NCBI GenBank assembly: GCA_034716265.1
Contig: JAYEGK010000253.1
Coordinates: forward strand, 952 to 64,951
Length of the DNA stretch: 64,000 nucleotides
Direction of reading: 5' to 3'
Origin: Campylobacterota bacterium
Lineage (GTDB): Bacteria > Campylobacterota > Campylobacteria > Campylobacterales > Sulfurimonadaceae
The notes beneath the pieces were generated by a model. The model was not told the origin of the DNA. It saw only the letters and a program-made list of their open reading frames with translations, and did not search any database. The position numbers and the translations under genes were made by a program. Below are positions 39,283 to 49,564 of the stretch, piece by piece (the first letter of the stretch is position 1; each line of letters begins with the position of its first letter).

Positions 39283-40393
39283 ATCAATAATCTCTGCTTC
39301 AATAGCAGCCACAGTAGCCTTTTCTGCAAACTGTATCGCTAGTGAGACTCTTCCTAGTATAGATGGTGGTGTTAAATACCCTGTTGTAGATGGTAAAACG
39401 GGTCCATATTTTGTAAATTCTCAACATATCGGAATGAAAATCAATAATGGTCGTGTTCCAACTGCAAATGAGTTAACTGCATGGGATAAAGATGTTATGC
39501 CTGATGGTACTGGTCTTCCTGAAGGTCACGGTACTGCTGAAGAGGGTGAAGAGCTTTATGAAGCACAATGTGTTATGTGTCATGGTGACTTTGGTTCAGG
39601 TGGTGGTGGATATCCAGCACTCTCCAAAGGTAATGCAGAGGAGTTAAAAGAAACTCTAACAAACAATAGATACCAAGATCCTGAAGCTGATGGTCCAGTT
39701 CGTGTATTTGGTTCATATTGGCCAGTAGCAAGTACTATGTGGTGGTATATAAAAGATGGTATGCCTCATACAAAATCTAAAACTTTATCAAATAATGAAA
39801 CTTATGCTTTAGCTGCATATATGTTAAATATAAATGAGATGGAGATAGATGGTGTTGAAGTTGATGAAGAGTATGTTCTTGATCGTGAGAAATTTCTAAA
39901 AATTAAGATGCCAAATAGAGATGGTTTTGAGCCAAATATTGATGGTCCAACAGGTCCAGCTGATGTTCGTAAATATTATGAAAATCCTGCTAACTTTGGT
40001 GCAATCAAGGTAAAAGCTCAAGAGCGTTGTATGACAAACTGTCAAGATAAAACTGCAAAAACAGTATATATTCAAAATGGTGGTATTTCAGATTTCCAAC
40101 CACCAATGTCAGTAGAGAGAGATTTACCAGTTAAACCTGCGAGTGATATGGGCTTTAATGTAATGGCTTCTTATGAAAATAACTGTATGCCTTGTCACGG
40201 TGCTGAAGGTATGGGTGCTCCTGTTGTTGGAGATAAAGATGCTTGGAGTGCTTTAATATCAGATAAAGGTCTTGATAAAGTTTATAAAAATGGTATTGAT
40301 GGTCTTAACGGTATGCCAGCTAAAGGTGGAGCAAGTGTTAGTGATGATGAGTTCAAACTGTTAGTTGATTATATGATCGACGAAAGTAAATAA
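39263..40393 (+). CDS. soxD: Sulfane dehydrogenase dihaem cytochrome c subunit
   Basis: WDKDVMPDGTGLPEG, CVMCH, GSYWP, MPNRDGF, second haem motif CMPCH. Confidence 0.93.
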   Translation: MFKLDRKSIISASIAATVAFSANCIASETLPSIDGGVKYPVVDGKTGPYFVNSQHIGMKINNGRVPTANELTAWDKDVMPDGTGLPEGHGTAEEGEELYEAQCVMCHGDFGSGGGGYPALSKGNAEELKETLTNNRYQDPEADGPVRVFGSYWPVASTMWWYIKDGMPHTKSKTLSNNETYALAAYMLNINEMEIDGVEVDEEYVLDREKFLKIKMPNRDGFEPNIDGPTGPADVRKYYENPANFGAIKVKAQERCMTNCQDKTAKTVYIQNGGISDFQPPMSVERDLPVKPASDMGFNVMASYENNCMPCHGAEGMGAPVVGDKDAWSALISDKGLDKVYKNGIDGLNGMPAKGGASVSDDEFKLLVDYMIDESK

Positions 40394-40407
40394 TAAAAGG
40401 AATAATT

Positions 40408-40860
40408 ATGGAAAGAAGAAAATTTTTAAGTTTAACTCTTGGTGCATTAGTATTAGCTGTTGCACCAGCTAGTGTAAGAGCAGAAGATTATAGAAAACTA
40501 AAACCAACAGTATGGACTGCTCACACAGTTGATGATGCTATTAAAAATATGTATGGTACTCTAGCAACTATTGAAGAGGGTGTTAAACTAACAGCTCCTA
40601 AAGTTGCTAGTAACGGTGGTGCTGTTCCAGTTAATTTTAGTACAAAAATTCCTGCTAAAACTATCGCTGTTTTTCAAGACGCTAACCCTGAAGCTGCTGT
40701 ATGTGTTTACTCTGTAAATAAGTACTCTATTAATGATTATGCTATCAAAATTAAGATGGGTAAATCGGGAACTATCACAGTTGTTGTTGAAGGTTTAGAT
40801 GGTAAATTATACTCTGCTAAACAATCTTTAGATGTTGCACTTGGTGGTTGTGAAGGTTAA
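40408..40860 (+). CDS. soxY: Sulfur carrier SoxY
   Basis: Tat signal ERRKFL, APKVASNGGAVPV, C-terminal swinging arm VALGGCEG. Confidence 0.93.
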   Translation: MERRKFLSLTLGALVLAVAPASVRAEDYRKLKPTVWTAHTVDDAIKNMYGTLATIEEGVKLTAPKVASNGGAVPVNFSTKIPAKTIAVFQDANPEAAVCVYSVNKYSINDYAIKIKMGKSGTITVVVEGLDGKLYSAKQSLDVALGGCEG

Positions 40861-40912
40861 TTCTTCACAAATCAGATATAAATATTAAAATATAGAGATT
40901 AAAGGGAATATT

Positions 40913-41239
40913 ATGGGCAAAAATTTTAAAGTTAAAGTTAAACCAAAATTAAAAAATGGTGTAGTTACTGTTAAGGCTATGGTTAAGCACAGTATGACTA
41001 CATATAATCAAGCAGAGAAAAAAACAGGTAACAGAGAAAATGCTGATTTTGTTACTCGCATTGTTGGAACAGTGAATGATAAAGTTGTTATCGATATCTC
41101 AACAAGTCAGTTTTTATCTAAAAATCCTATCTTTAAATTTCAGTTTAAAGGTGATGAATTTGCTAAAGGTGATAAGTTAATCATTGACTGTACTACTCGT
41201 TTAGGAGCAACTGGATCAGGAAAAGGTAAAATTAGATAA
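40913..41239 (+). CDS. soxZ: Sulfur carrier partner SoxZ
   Basis: VKAMVKHSMTT, LSKNPIFKFQF; follows soxY. Confidence 0.9.
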   Translation: MGKNFKVKVKPKLKNGVVTVKAMVKHSMTTYNQAEKKTGNRENADFVTRIVGTVNDKVVIDISTSQFLSKNPIFKFQFKGDEFAKGDKLIIDCTTRLGATGSGKGKIR

Positions 41240-41251
41240 TTTTACTTATAG

Positions 41252-41280
41252 AAGAGAGGTATTATCCTCTCTTTTTTCTT
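41252..41280 (+). terminator. Terminator after soxCDYZ
   Basis: AAGAGAGG-TATTAT-CCTCTCTT-TTTTCTT. Confidence 0.8.
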
Positions 41281-41304
41281 AAGTAGAGTATAAAGGAAAA
41301 ATAG

Positions 41305-41808
41305 ATGTTTCAATTAATATTTAAAGCTTTTTTTCTTATTCTCACTCTTCAACTCACTCTTCAAGCAAGAGAGATAAATCTCGATAATCTTATTCAAACT
41401 GCTAAAAAATCTAACAAACATCTTTTTCTATTTTTACATAAAACTGATTGTGGTTATTGTGATAGTATGATAGAGTTTACTTTACAAAATGATACTATTA
41501 AAGCATTTACAGATAAAAGTTTTATATATGAGCATATTAATGTTTATGACAAAGATCATATTAGATATAAAGATTTTAGTGGAGATGGTCGTCAATTTGC
41601 AAAAAGTATAGGATATGATTTCTATCCAACAACTCTCTTTTTTGATAACAAGAGCGATATTGTATTTATCGAGGTTGGTTATAGAGATAACAAACTACTC
41701 CCTAACGAAAATAGATTTTACAGGATATTAAATTATATCGATTCAAAATCATACAAAAAGATGGATTATGAAGATTATGAGTTTAAAATAGAAGAGGAGC
41801 TTGAATGA
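41305..41808 (+). CDS. Periplasmic thioredoxin-fold protein (SoxW-like)
   Basis: Signal peptide, CGYC, YPT cis-Pro; sox context. Confidence 0.8.
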   Translation: MFQLIFKAFFLILTLQLTLQAREINLDNLIQTAKKSNKHLFLFLHKTDCGYCDSMIEFTLQNDTIKAFTDKSFIYEHINVYDKDHIRYKDFSGDGRQFAKSIGYDFYPTTLFFDNKSDIVFIEVGYRDNKLLPNENRFYRILNYIDSKSYKKMDYEDYEFKIEEELE

Positions 41809-42248
41809 TAGAGTTCAATAGAGGGAAAGTGTTGGAACTTTTTGTATCTATAAAGGGTAAAGATAGAGAGAATCGAAATGATATTCTAGTTGATGAAGAT
41901 GGTATTCTTGAAGATAAATTTTATAAAAAAAATAGAGAGCGTTCTATCTTAATAACCTCTAACGATAGTTATCTTTTAGCAAAAGAGAATAATATAGAGA
42001 CCAAAAATGGTACATTGGGTGAAAATATCTTAATAGATATAAACCCTTATCAACTAACTGTTAATGATAAAATTATTATTGGTAATGTTGAACTTATCAT
42101 CACTCAAAACTGTACTATCTGTAATTCACTCTCTAAAATAGATAAAAAACTTCCCTCTATTTTAAAGTGTGATAGAGGTATATTTGCTAAAACTTTACAA
42201 AGTGGGAAGATAAGAAAAGGTGATGAAGTAAAAATCTTAAAATATTAG
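41805..42248 (+). CDS. MOSC domain protein
   Basis: DGILEDKF, LGENIL, TQNCTIC, RGIFAK..SGKI..GD. Confidence 0.88.
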   Translation: MIEFNRGKVLELFVSIKGKDRENRNDILVDEDGILEDKFYKKNRERSILITSNDSYLLAKENNIETKNGTLGENILIDINPYQLTVNDKIIIGNVELIITQNCTICNSLSKIDKKLPSILKCDRGIFAKTLQSGKIRKGDEVKILKY

Positions 42249-42291
42249 TATTTTTTATATTTAATAGGATAAGATTATTGACTTAAAAATT

Positions 42292-43278
42292 ATGTTTCAA
42301 AAACAAGGAGAAATAGTGAAAAAAATATATAGTGTAATATTTGCTACATTAGTAGCATTTTTAACAGTAGGAGCTGGTTCATTATCAGCAAAAGAGGTAG
42401 CATCAATACAGAGTGTTCAGGTATTTGTAGCAGATAATAAAGATGGAAAAATAACACCACAACTAATATCGGAAGCTTTTACAAAAGTGGGTCTAAAAAG
42501 TTCTGGTAATAACGATATGAATAAGCCATTCTCTCAAAGATTTCCAAAACTTCACTATAAAACATATAACTTAGCTATGTTTAAAAATGATGCTTTAACA
42601 CTTGCTCTTATCAAAAAATATCCAAATTTTGGTGTTTTAGCTCCAATGACTATGTCAATTTGGGAAGATAAAGGTGCTATGAATATCTCTACACTTACTA
42701 TCGATGGTATGGCGAGAGTTGCAAATATCCCTTTAACAGACCCTGATCTAATAGCTTACTCTGCTATGGTTACAAAAGCATTGAAACAAGCGATGCCAAA
42801 TGGTAAGTTTAAGGTTTTAGACTTTTTAGTAAAAGATCCTAAAGAATCATTTGCTATTAACTTTAGTATGGAAGTTGATATAGATGAAGATACATCTCTT
42901 GAAGATTTCAGAGAAGATTTTGAGGGTGAGTTTGAGGGTGAATTAGAGCCTATCGGTTTTTTAATGCCAAACTATTTAAACTTACAAGAAGATATGTTTG
43001 AAGATGCTGGATATGAAGCTTATGACTTTTATGTAACATATTCTGTTTGTAAATTTGACGTTATCTACCCTGTATCAAGACTACATCCTGAAGCGGGTGC
43101 TTATGCTCCATGTTCTTTCTTTCTTTATAAGAAAAAAGGTGAAGACACTATGCATATGGGTTATTTAGGTGTTAAAAACTGGATAGAAACTTTGGATATC
43201 AAAGAGCAAGAGTCTATCAAACCACTTCTTGAAGCTCAAGAGATGATTAACAATATTGTTACTGAAATTACTGAGTAA
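42292..43278 (+). CDS. Exported protein with tandem DUF302-like domains
   Basis: Signal peptide (likely GTG start after AAGGAG); PNFGVLAPMT and HPEAGAYAPCS motifs. Confidence 0.7.
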   Translation: MFQKQGEIVKKIYSVIFATLVAFLTVGAGSLSAKEVASIQSVQVFVADNKDGKITPQLISEAFTKVGLKSSGNNDMNKPFSQRFPKLHYKTYNLAMFKNDALTLALIKKYPNFGVLAPMTMSIWEDKGAMNISTLTIDGMARVANIPLTDPDLIAYSAMVTKALKQAMPNGKFKVLDFLVKDPKESFAINFSMEVDIDEDTSLEDFREDFEGEFEGELEPIGFLMPNYLNLQEDMFEDAGYEAYDFYVTYSVCKFDVIYPVSRLHPEAGAYAPCSFFLYKKKGEDTMHMGYLGVKNWIETLDIKEQESIKPLLEAQEMINNIVTEITE

Positions 43279-43295
43279 TCTCTACTCTATATAAA

Positions 43296-43326
43296 AAAAG
43301 CTAGGAGATTTTTTTCTCTTAGTTTT
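43296..43326 (+). terminator. Probable terminator
   Basis: AAAAGCTAGGAGA-T-rich loop-TCTCTTAGTTTT. Confidence 0.55.
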
Positions 43327-43464
43327 CACTTATCTTTCTCTTTTTTTTAATATCTCTTTTTTATTCATAATTTTCTCACCTTAGTTTTTTATATAGTTTT
43401 ATGGGCTTTTTTAGTTTTTATTAGTATATTGTTCTCCTAAAGATTATATCAAAAAAGGAAAAGA

Positions 43465-44016
43465 ATGAGCATAGAACTGTATTTCCTCCGTTCAAGTGAA
43501 CAGAAAATAGTCACTGATATGGTTTACTATTCACAAAGAGTAGATGAAACAGATAAGAGAGTATCTGATTTTGAAAACCTCAATATATATAGCGATTTTT
43601 ATGGTTTAACAGCTAAGGATTTAGGTCTGTATGCGATGAAAGAGCATCAGATGTGTGGTGCAATATGGACACGTAGACTCAATATAGAACATAACTCCAA
43701 CGGCTTTTTAGATGAAGATACACCTGTTTTAAATATAGCGGTTAAACCAGAGTTTAGAAACAGTGGTATAGCCACTACTATGATAGATCAATTTCTTATA
43801 GAGGCTGGAGCTTTATATAGTGCTATTAGTGTAAATGTTAGCAACAAACAAGAGAGTATTACCTTTTTTAAGAAGTTTGGTTTTGAAGTTGTAGCAGATG
43901 AGAAAAGAGAAACATATGCTCAAAATGAAGATGCTCTTATAATGGTAAAAAAGTTAGATAAAAAAGAGATAGTTCGTCCAACTGATGGATATGATCCTAC
44001 AAGGTGGATGGATTAA
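43465..44016 (+). CDS. GNAT acetyltransferase
   Basis: IAVKPEFRNSGIA motif A; FFKKFGF. Confidence 0.88.
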   Translation: MSIELYFLRSSEQKIVTDMVYYSQRVDETDKRVSDFENLNIYSDFYGLTAKDLGLYAMKEHQMCGAIWTRRLNIEHNSNGFLDEDTPVLNIAVKPEFRNSGIATTMIDQFLIEAGALYSAISVNVSNKQESITFFKKFGFEVVADEKRETYAQNEDALIMVKKLDKKEIVRPTDGYDPTRWMD

Positions 44017-44084
44017 CTCCATTCCCTTGAATCACTATGATATGCTTTATGTAATAATTCAAAAAAATAGATAAAGGCGATACA

Positions 44085-44504
44085 ATGGGATATAACGACT
44101 GGTTTAACAACCATGCAGATAAACATAAAAAGATAGTCTCTAAACTTATAAGAGATAACTATACACAAGAGCAGATTATAGATTATTTTGATTTTGATAA
44201 TATGGTTATAGAGGAGAGAGAGTTTTGTCCTCTTTATGATAAAAATAAAAGATGTCACGATATGGAATCACTCAACTGCTACCTATGTGCTTGTCCAAAT
44301 TTTCGTTTTAGTGATGAGGGTATAGGGAGTTATAATGAGTTTAAAATTCTAAGTAAGTGCAATATCCATAATGGTAAAGAGTTTGTAACAAAAGGTGTTA
44401 TACATCAAGATTGTTCAAGTTGTAGTGTGCCTCATCATCGTAGTTATGTTGTAAAGCATTTTGATTTAGATTGGAAAGAGATAATGTCTGAGTGTCAAGT
44501 TTAA
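44085..44504 (+). CDS. Cysteine-rich small-domain protein
   Basis: EFCPLY...CH...LNCYLCACP...C...DCSSCSVPH pattern. Confidence 0.8.
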   Translation: MGYNDWFNNHADKHKKIVSKLIRDNYTQEQIIDYFDFDNMVIEEREFCPLYDKNKRCHDMESLNCYLCACPNFRFSDEGIGSYNEFKILSKCNIHNGKEFVTKGVIHQDCSSCSVPHHRSYVVKHFDLDWKEIMSECQV

Positions 44505-45299
44505 ATGGGAGTTCAAACAGCTCTCACACTTGAAGAGATAAACACTCTTTTTCCCTCCTATAACTTCACAAAAATTGATCCAACATCCAATGGTGTTATG
44601 GACACAACATATATTGTCTCTACTACTCACAAAAGTTATATCTTAAAAAAATATGAACGTTCTATTCAAAATAAGATAGAAGCAGATATAAAACTGCTCC
44701 AATATCTTAAAAGTGAGGGTTTAAATGTTTCTCACTATATAACTCATTTTGATAGTTGGTATCTTTATGAAAAGTTAGAGGGCAGAGAGCCTAAAACTAT
44801 ACAAACTTATCATATTCAAGCCTTAGCAAGATTTATGAGTAGATTTCATAAAATAGGTTCAAAACTGGCCTGTCACTCAAACTTCATAGAAAACTATGAG
44901 ATAGATAAAATACTACTCTACATAAAACGAAAACATTACTTCTATTATAAAAAGTTACAATATCTTAAAAACTATAAACCAAGAGCAGATATATTAATTC
45001 ACGGTGATATTTTTAAAGACAATACACTCTTTTATAAACAAAAAATTGCTGTTATCGACTTTATAGATGCTGGATATGGAGAGGCTATTTTTGATATAGC
45101 AGTTGCACTTCTCTCTTTCAATAGTAAAAAACAATCACCCTATTTTATAAATCTATTTTTAAATGGATATAACCAAAATCAGATCCAAAAGATAGATAAA
45201 AAAGAGCTTCTTTTTACACTAAAAAGAGCTTCTCATTTTTATGCTCTTTTACGTGTAGATAAGTACAAAAATATTATAAAAGCCAAGGAGTTATTATGA
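44505..45299 (+). CDS. APH/type II homoserine kinase-family phosphotransferase
   Basis: MGVQTAL, GVMDTTY, YILKKYE, IHGDIFKDNTLF, VIDF. Confidence 0.85.
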   Translation: MGVQTALTLEEINTLFPSYNFTKIDPTSNGVMDTTYIVSTTHKSYILKKYERSIQNKIEADIKLLQYLKSEGLNVSHYITHFDSWYLYEKLEGREPKTIQTYHIQALARFMSRFHKIGSKLACHSNFIENYEIDKILLYIKRKHYFYYKKLQYLKNYKPRADILIHGDIFKDNTLFYKQKIAVIDFIDAGYGEAIFDIAVALLSFNSKKQSPYFINLFLNGYNQNQIQKIDKKELLFTLKRASHFYALLRVDKYKNIIKAKELL

Positions 45300-46300
45300 A
45301 GCATGGAGCGGGAATCTATAAGGTTGCCAAACAACTAAATTGTAGGAGTGATGAGATAGTAGATTTCTCATCAAATATCAATAGTTATTATCCAAGAAAA
45401 GAACTAACAGTTGAAAATAATATGTTAGTAAGATATTCTGACATATCTTACGAGGAATTAAATAATATAGTTTGCGATAAACTAAAAATCGATACAAATC
45501 AAATTGTATTTTACAATGGAGCTACTGCAGCGATATTTGAGTTGATTAAAACTCTAAAACCAAAAGATATATATCTTTATGCTCCACTTTATGGAGAGTA
45601 TGAAAAGGCTTCTAAGGAGGCAGGTAAAAGGGTATATAAGATAGATCGTTTTAAAGAGCTCTATAAGAAACCTAAAGAGAACTCCATAGTTACCTTTGTA
45701 AATCCATCTACTCCCGATGGAAAATATTATGACCTTACAAAACTTTTTAAGCTATGGAAAAAGCAAAACTGTACTATTGTCTTAGATGAATCATTTATAG
45801 AGTTTGAGAAGCTTTCCTCTTTGAGAGATGAGATCAATAGTTATAAAAAACTTTATATTATCCAATCTTTTACAAAGTTTTATGCTTGTGCAGGGGTAAG
45901 AATAGGAGCAATCCTCTCTCATAAAAGAAATATCAAGAGATTTAAAACCCCATTATGGCATCTATCATCTTTTGATGTAGCCTTTTTAAGTGAGAGATTA
46001 GAGGATGAACTGTTTGTTAGTGAAAGTAGAAAAAGACATCAAAAAAATAAAAAAATATTAGAAAAAATACTTAAAAAATCGAAACTTTTTTCAAAAATAT
46101 ATAGAAGTGATACAAACTTTTTTTTAACAAAATCAGATAGAGCAAAAGAGATATTTGATTTTCTATTGAAACGAAAAATATTAGTAAGAACTTGTGGTAG
46201 TTTTGATTATCTTAGTGATGATTATTTGAGGTTTGGTGTTAAGGATGATATTTTGCATAAAAAGCTGAAAAAAGGTTTAAAAAAATTTAAAAATAGATAG
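45296..46300 (+). CDS. L-threonine-O-3-phosphate decarboxylase (CobD-like PLP enzyme)
   Basis: MKHGAG, DFSSNIN, NGATAAI, NPSTPDG, DESFIEF, SFTKFYACAGVRIG, VRTCGSF. Confidence 0.82.
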   Translation: MKHGAGIYKVAKQLNCRSDEIVDFSSNINSYYPRKELTVENNMLVRYSDISYEELNNIVCDKLKIDTNQIVFYNGATAAIFELIKTLKPKDIYLYAPLYGEYEKASKEAGKRVYKIDRFKELYKKPKENSIVTFVNPSTPDGKYYDLTKLFKLWKKQNCTIVLDESFIEFEKLSSLRDEINSYKKLYIIQSFTKFYACAGVRIGAILSHKRNIKRFKTPLWHLSSFDVAFLSERLEDELFVSESRKRHQKNKKILEKILKKSKLFSKIYRSDTNFFLTKSDRAKEIFDFLLKRKILVRTCGSFDYLSDDYLRFGVKDDILHKKLKKGLKKFKNR

Positions 46301-46309
46301 AGATCTGCT

Positions 46310-47584
46310 TTAGCAAACCTCTACTCTATTTCTACCACAATCTTTTGCCATATAAAGTTTTTGATCAACTATCATAATATATTCATCAACAAAACTTTTT
46401 TTGTACATATTGTGTGGTTTTATCTCCATCATTCCAATACTTACTGTTGTTTGAATCTTTTTTTCATCAAACTCAATATAGTTTTTTTGAAAATCTGTAC
46501 GAATCTGATCTAAAATCTCTTTACCCTTCTCTTTGTTGATAGCAGGAAGCATAACAATAAACTCCTCTCCACCATAACGCACTATTACATCTGAGTTACG
46601 AATATTTTTTTTCACAACATCAACAAAGGATTTTAGAAGTTTATCTCCAGCAATATGTCCATGATTGTCATTTACAGCCTTAAAAAAATCCAAATCACAC
46701 ATAGCAAGAACAAAGGAGCTATTTGTTGCTAAGGATAGCTCATATTGACTCTCAAACACATTTTTAAGTGCTTCTCTATTGAGTGAACCTGTCAAAGTAT
46801 CTTTAGTTACTTTTTTATTCATTAAAATATTATCTATAAGTGCTAACTCTGTTCCTATACTCAAAGAGATAAGTTCACATTTCTCAAGATATATTATAAG
46901 AATATGGTGTTCATCTTTACCGATAAGATTAAAAATCTTTTGAGCAAAAGTATGTAAATTTCGATGTAGAGTATCGATAATCTTATGTTTTGAGTTGTTT
47001 TTTATGATATTTTTTGCATCACTCTCTAACCATACACCAAAATTACATATCTTATGATTTAACTCTACAAAACCTGTTTTTTGTTCAAGTAAGATCAATT
47101 TTGCTAACTCCGTTAACCAAATAAGATGGGATTCATAATGAGATATGATATTTTTTTCTACTAAATCGGAGAGAGAGTTGATACGAATATTGTTGATAGA
47201 TAGTAGATTTTTAATATAGTTATCGAGATATATTTTTGCAATTTTATTATTTATCTTTTCAAAAAGAGTTAATAGCTCTACAATAAGGGAACTACTTCCT
47301 TGAAGATTGGATATTAAGACCGATTTGAGACCATGAATCTCATTTATCATAATAATATATGGGATGGATATTGACATCTTGTATTGAGCTAAATCTTCAA
47401 ACATATTCATGAGTTCTTGGAGATTGAAAGGGGTTACTATTGTTGTTACTATTTTTCTATATTTTGACATAATAGTTGTATAGATTTCATCGTTATATGA
47501 GTTGATACAGATAGTATATTTATCTGTAAACTCATTGAAAATCATCTCATCATTCTCTTTTAGTGATTGCGAAAAATCATACAT
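46310..47584 (-). CDS. Diguanylate cyclase with CZB domain
   Basis: HLIWL...HKICNFGVWL...HRNLH zinc ligands; DTLTG, DLDFFKAVND, RYGGEEF. Confidence 0.92.
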   Translation of the reverse strand: MYDFSQSLKENDEMIFNEFTDKYTICINSYNDEIYTTIMSKYRKIVTTIVTPFNLQELMNMFEDLAQYKMSISIPYIIMINEIHGLKSVLISNLQGSSSLIVELLTLFEKINNKIAKIYLDNYIKNLLSINNIRINSLSDLVEKNIISHYESHLIWLTELAKLILLEQKTGFVELNHKICNFGVWLESDAKNIIKNNSKHKIIDTLHRNLHTFAQKIFNLIGKDEHHILIIYLEKCELISLSIGTELALIDNILMNKKVTKDTLTGSLNREALKNVFESQYELSLATNSSFVLAMCDLDFFKAVNDNHGHIAGDKLLKSFVDVVKKNIRNSDVIVRYGGEEFIVMLPAINKEKGKEILDQIRTDFQKNYIEFDEKKIQTTVSIGMMEIKPHNMYKKSFVDEYIMIVDQKLYMAKDCGRNRVEVC

Positions 47585-49509
47585 TAAATGTCACTACTTT
47601 TGAGTGTTAAACCTTTGATATGTGATACAGGGTAGGAGTAGGAGATACCTTCACCATCCCCTGTAATATCTAAATTATGCATAATAGCATTTGTTATTTC
47701 ATCAACATTTTTTGTTGGTGTAATAAACATTAGGTTTGAATCTGTTGAATCTGCATGAAGTCTATTATAAAAATTTTCCATCTCTTCAATACCCATACCA
47801 TGTGCTTTCATAATAGTAACACCTCTAGCACCAGCATCTCTAGCTGTTAATATCGCTTTCTCTTCTATAGCATGAGGTACTATCACATGAACAGCTGAAA
47901 ACTCGGCCTCATAGGAGTGACGTTTGTCTGTTCCATGAACATTTACTGTTGAAAGACTCATATTATTTGCATCTTCAAGAGCATGACGAAGTTCATCGAT
48001 ATGTATCTCTTCAAGCTCGTGCTCACCTTTAACGCCCATTCTATCAGTGATAACGCCATAAGCCATAACCGTAATCATAGGAAAAAGTGATGCAAATGCG
48101 ATGAGACCAAAACCGTCTATAAGGGGGTCGCGTCCAGGAATATTTGTTGCAAGACCAAGTCCAAGTGCGGCAACTAAAGGAACTGTAACCGTAGAAGTTG
48201 TTACTCCTCCACTATCATAAGCGATAGGTATAATGTACTTTGGAGCGATAAATGTAAGAGCGATAACAAACATATACCCAACGATAATAAAATAAACAAT
48301 ATCACCACCATTTACAATTCTAAAAGCACCTAGTGCTATACCAAAAGCAACTCCAAAGGCTACAAATACACGTAAAACAAAATCGTTTATTTTTCCATCA
48401 CTAATCTCTTTTGCTTTCTTAGCAATAGCTGTTAATGAAGGTTCTGCCATAGTTGTTGAAAAACCGATGGCAAACGCAAATGAGTAGATAATTAGATTAC
48501 TACCATTTTGAGTGAGTTGGAACGCCATACTCTCACCAAGACTAAATAGACCCATCTCAAGACCAATAATAAACGCATCAAGTCCTAAGATAACAAGACC
48601 AAACCCTATAAGAACCTCTTTTAAGTTCTCGATTGGTTTTTTGATAATTGCATATTGAAAAAATAATATTACAGCTAAAATAGGAACAACGTCCAAAGCA
48701 ACACTAAACAGACCCTTTATAAGAGCTAAAAGAGTAAAGTCTATAACGGCAGCAGAAGCTTCGGCCGCCGCTACAACTACTGGAGCAACTTCTACTGCCT
48801 CTACAAATTGATAAACATAGATACCATAAAACTGTACAAAGATCATAGGAGTCAGTGAAGCAAACGCAATAAGTCCAAAACCATCAAGTACAGGATTTCT
48901 TCCCTTAATAGTTGAAGCTAAACCTATACCAAGAGCTGCTACAAGAGGTACAGTAACAGTAGAAGTTGTAACGCCACCAAGGTCAAACGCAAGACCAACT
49001 ATCTCTTTTGGTGAGAAGAAAGTAGCCGCAACAACCAATATGTAACCAGTAATGATATAGTAATGGATAGGAGTGCCTTTTATAATTCTCCACACACCCA
49101 CAACTATAGCAAAGCCAACAGCAAACGCGACAACCATTCTAAGCGTAAAGGCATCGATACGACCAGAACTGATAGAGGCTGCCTTATCTGCGATAACAAG
49201 AAGAGCGGGTTCTGCGACTGTAGTACCAAAACCTATCATAAACGCAAAAAGAATTATCCATCCCGTTGAGCCTTTATGTGCAAAATCACTTGCTAAGCCT
49301 TCTCCTACTGGAAAGATTCCAACCTCTAGTCCCATTAGAAAAACAGCAAGACCAACACCAACGATAGCAAGACCGATAGTTGTACTTAACCAGTTCTCAG
49401 GAACTGCTTGAATTATTGCCAATTGAAAGAAGAGAATCACCAAGATAATTGGCATTAAATCTCTAAACGACTCTTTTAAGAGCTTGAAAAACGATGTAAT
49501 ATTTAGCAT
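47584..49509 (-). CDS. Fused double DUF1538 membrane protein with C-terminal P-II-like domain
   Basis: Two repeats of T(V/M)AEP...D(L/S)[11 protein letters not shown]...[11 protein letters not shown]; C-terminal [16 protein letters not shown]...GEGISY. Confidence 0.85.
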   Translation of the reverse strand: MLNITSFFKLLKESFRDLMPIILVILFFQLAIIQAVPENWLSTTIGLAIVGVGLAVFLMGLEVGIFPVGEGLASDFAHKGSTGWIILFAFMIGFGTTVAEPALLVIADKAASISSGRIDAFTLRMVVAFAVGFAIVVGVWRIIKGTPIHYYIITGYILVVAATFFSPKEIVGLAFDLGGVTTSTVTVPLVAALGIGLASTIKGRNPVLDGFGLIAFASLTPMIFVQFYGIYVYQFVEAVEVAPVVVAAAEASAAVIDFTLLALIKGLFSVALDVVPILAVILFFQYAIIKKPIENLKEVLIGFGLVILGLDAFIIGLEMGLFSLGESMAFQLTQNGSNLIIYSFAFAIGFSTTMAEPSLTAIAKKAKEISDGKINDFVLRVFVAFGVAFGIALGAFRIVNGGDIVYFIIVGYMFVIALTFIAPKYIIPIAYDSGGVTTSTVTVPLVAALGLGLATNIPGRDPLIDGFGLIAFASLFPMITVMAYGVITDRMGVKGEHELEEIHIDELRHALEDANNMSLSTVNVHGTDKRHSYEAEFSAVHVIVPHAIEEKAILTARDAGARGVTIMKAHGMGIEEMENFYNRLHADSTDSNLMFITPTKNVDEITNAIMHNLDITGDGEGISYSYPVSHIKGLTLKSSDI

Positions 49510-49564
49510 ACATTTAACCTTTTTTTTAAATTTAGAGTTAGATTATAGCTCAAATATTAAGAAT

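Noticed and set aside
42900-42945. Short tandem GAAGATTT and TTTGAGGGTGA repeats
   Set aside because: They encode an acidic helix (EDFREDFEGEFEGE) within the DUF302-like protein and are not an independent element.
43330-43368. Minus-strand mini-ORF MNKKEILKKRER after AAGGTGA
   Set aside because: Too short and low-complexity to call; it could be a stub or chance in A-rich DNA.
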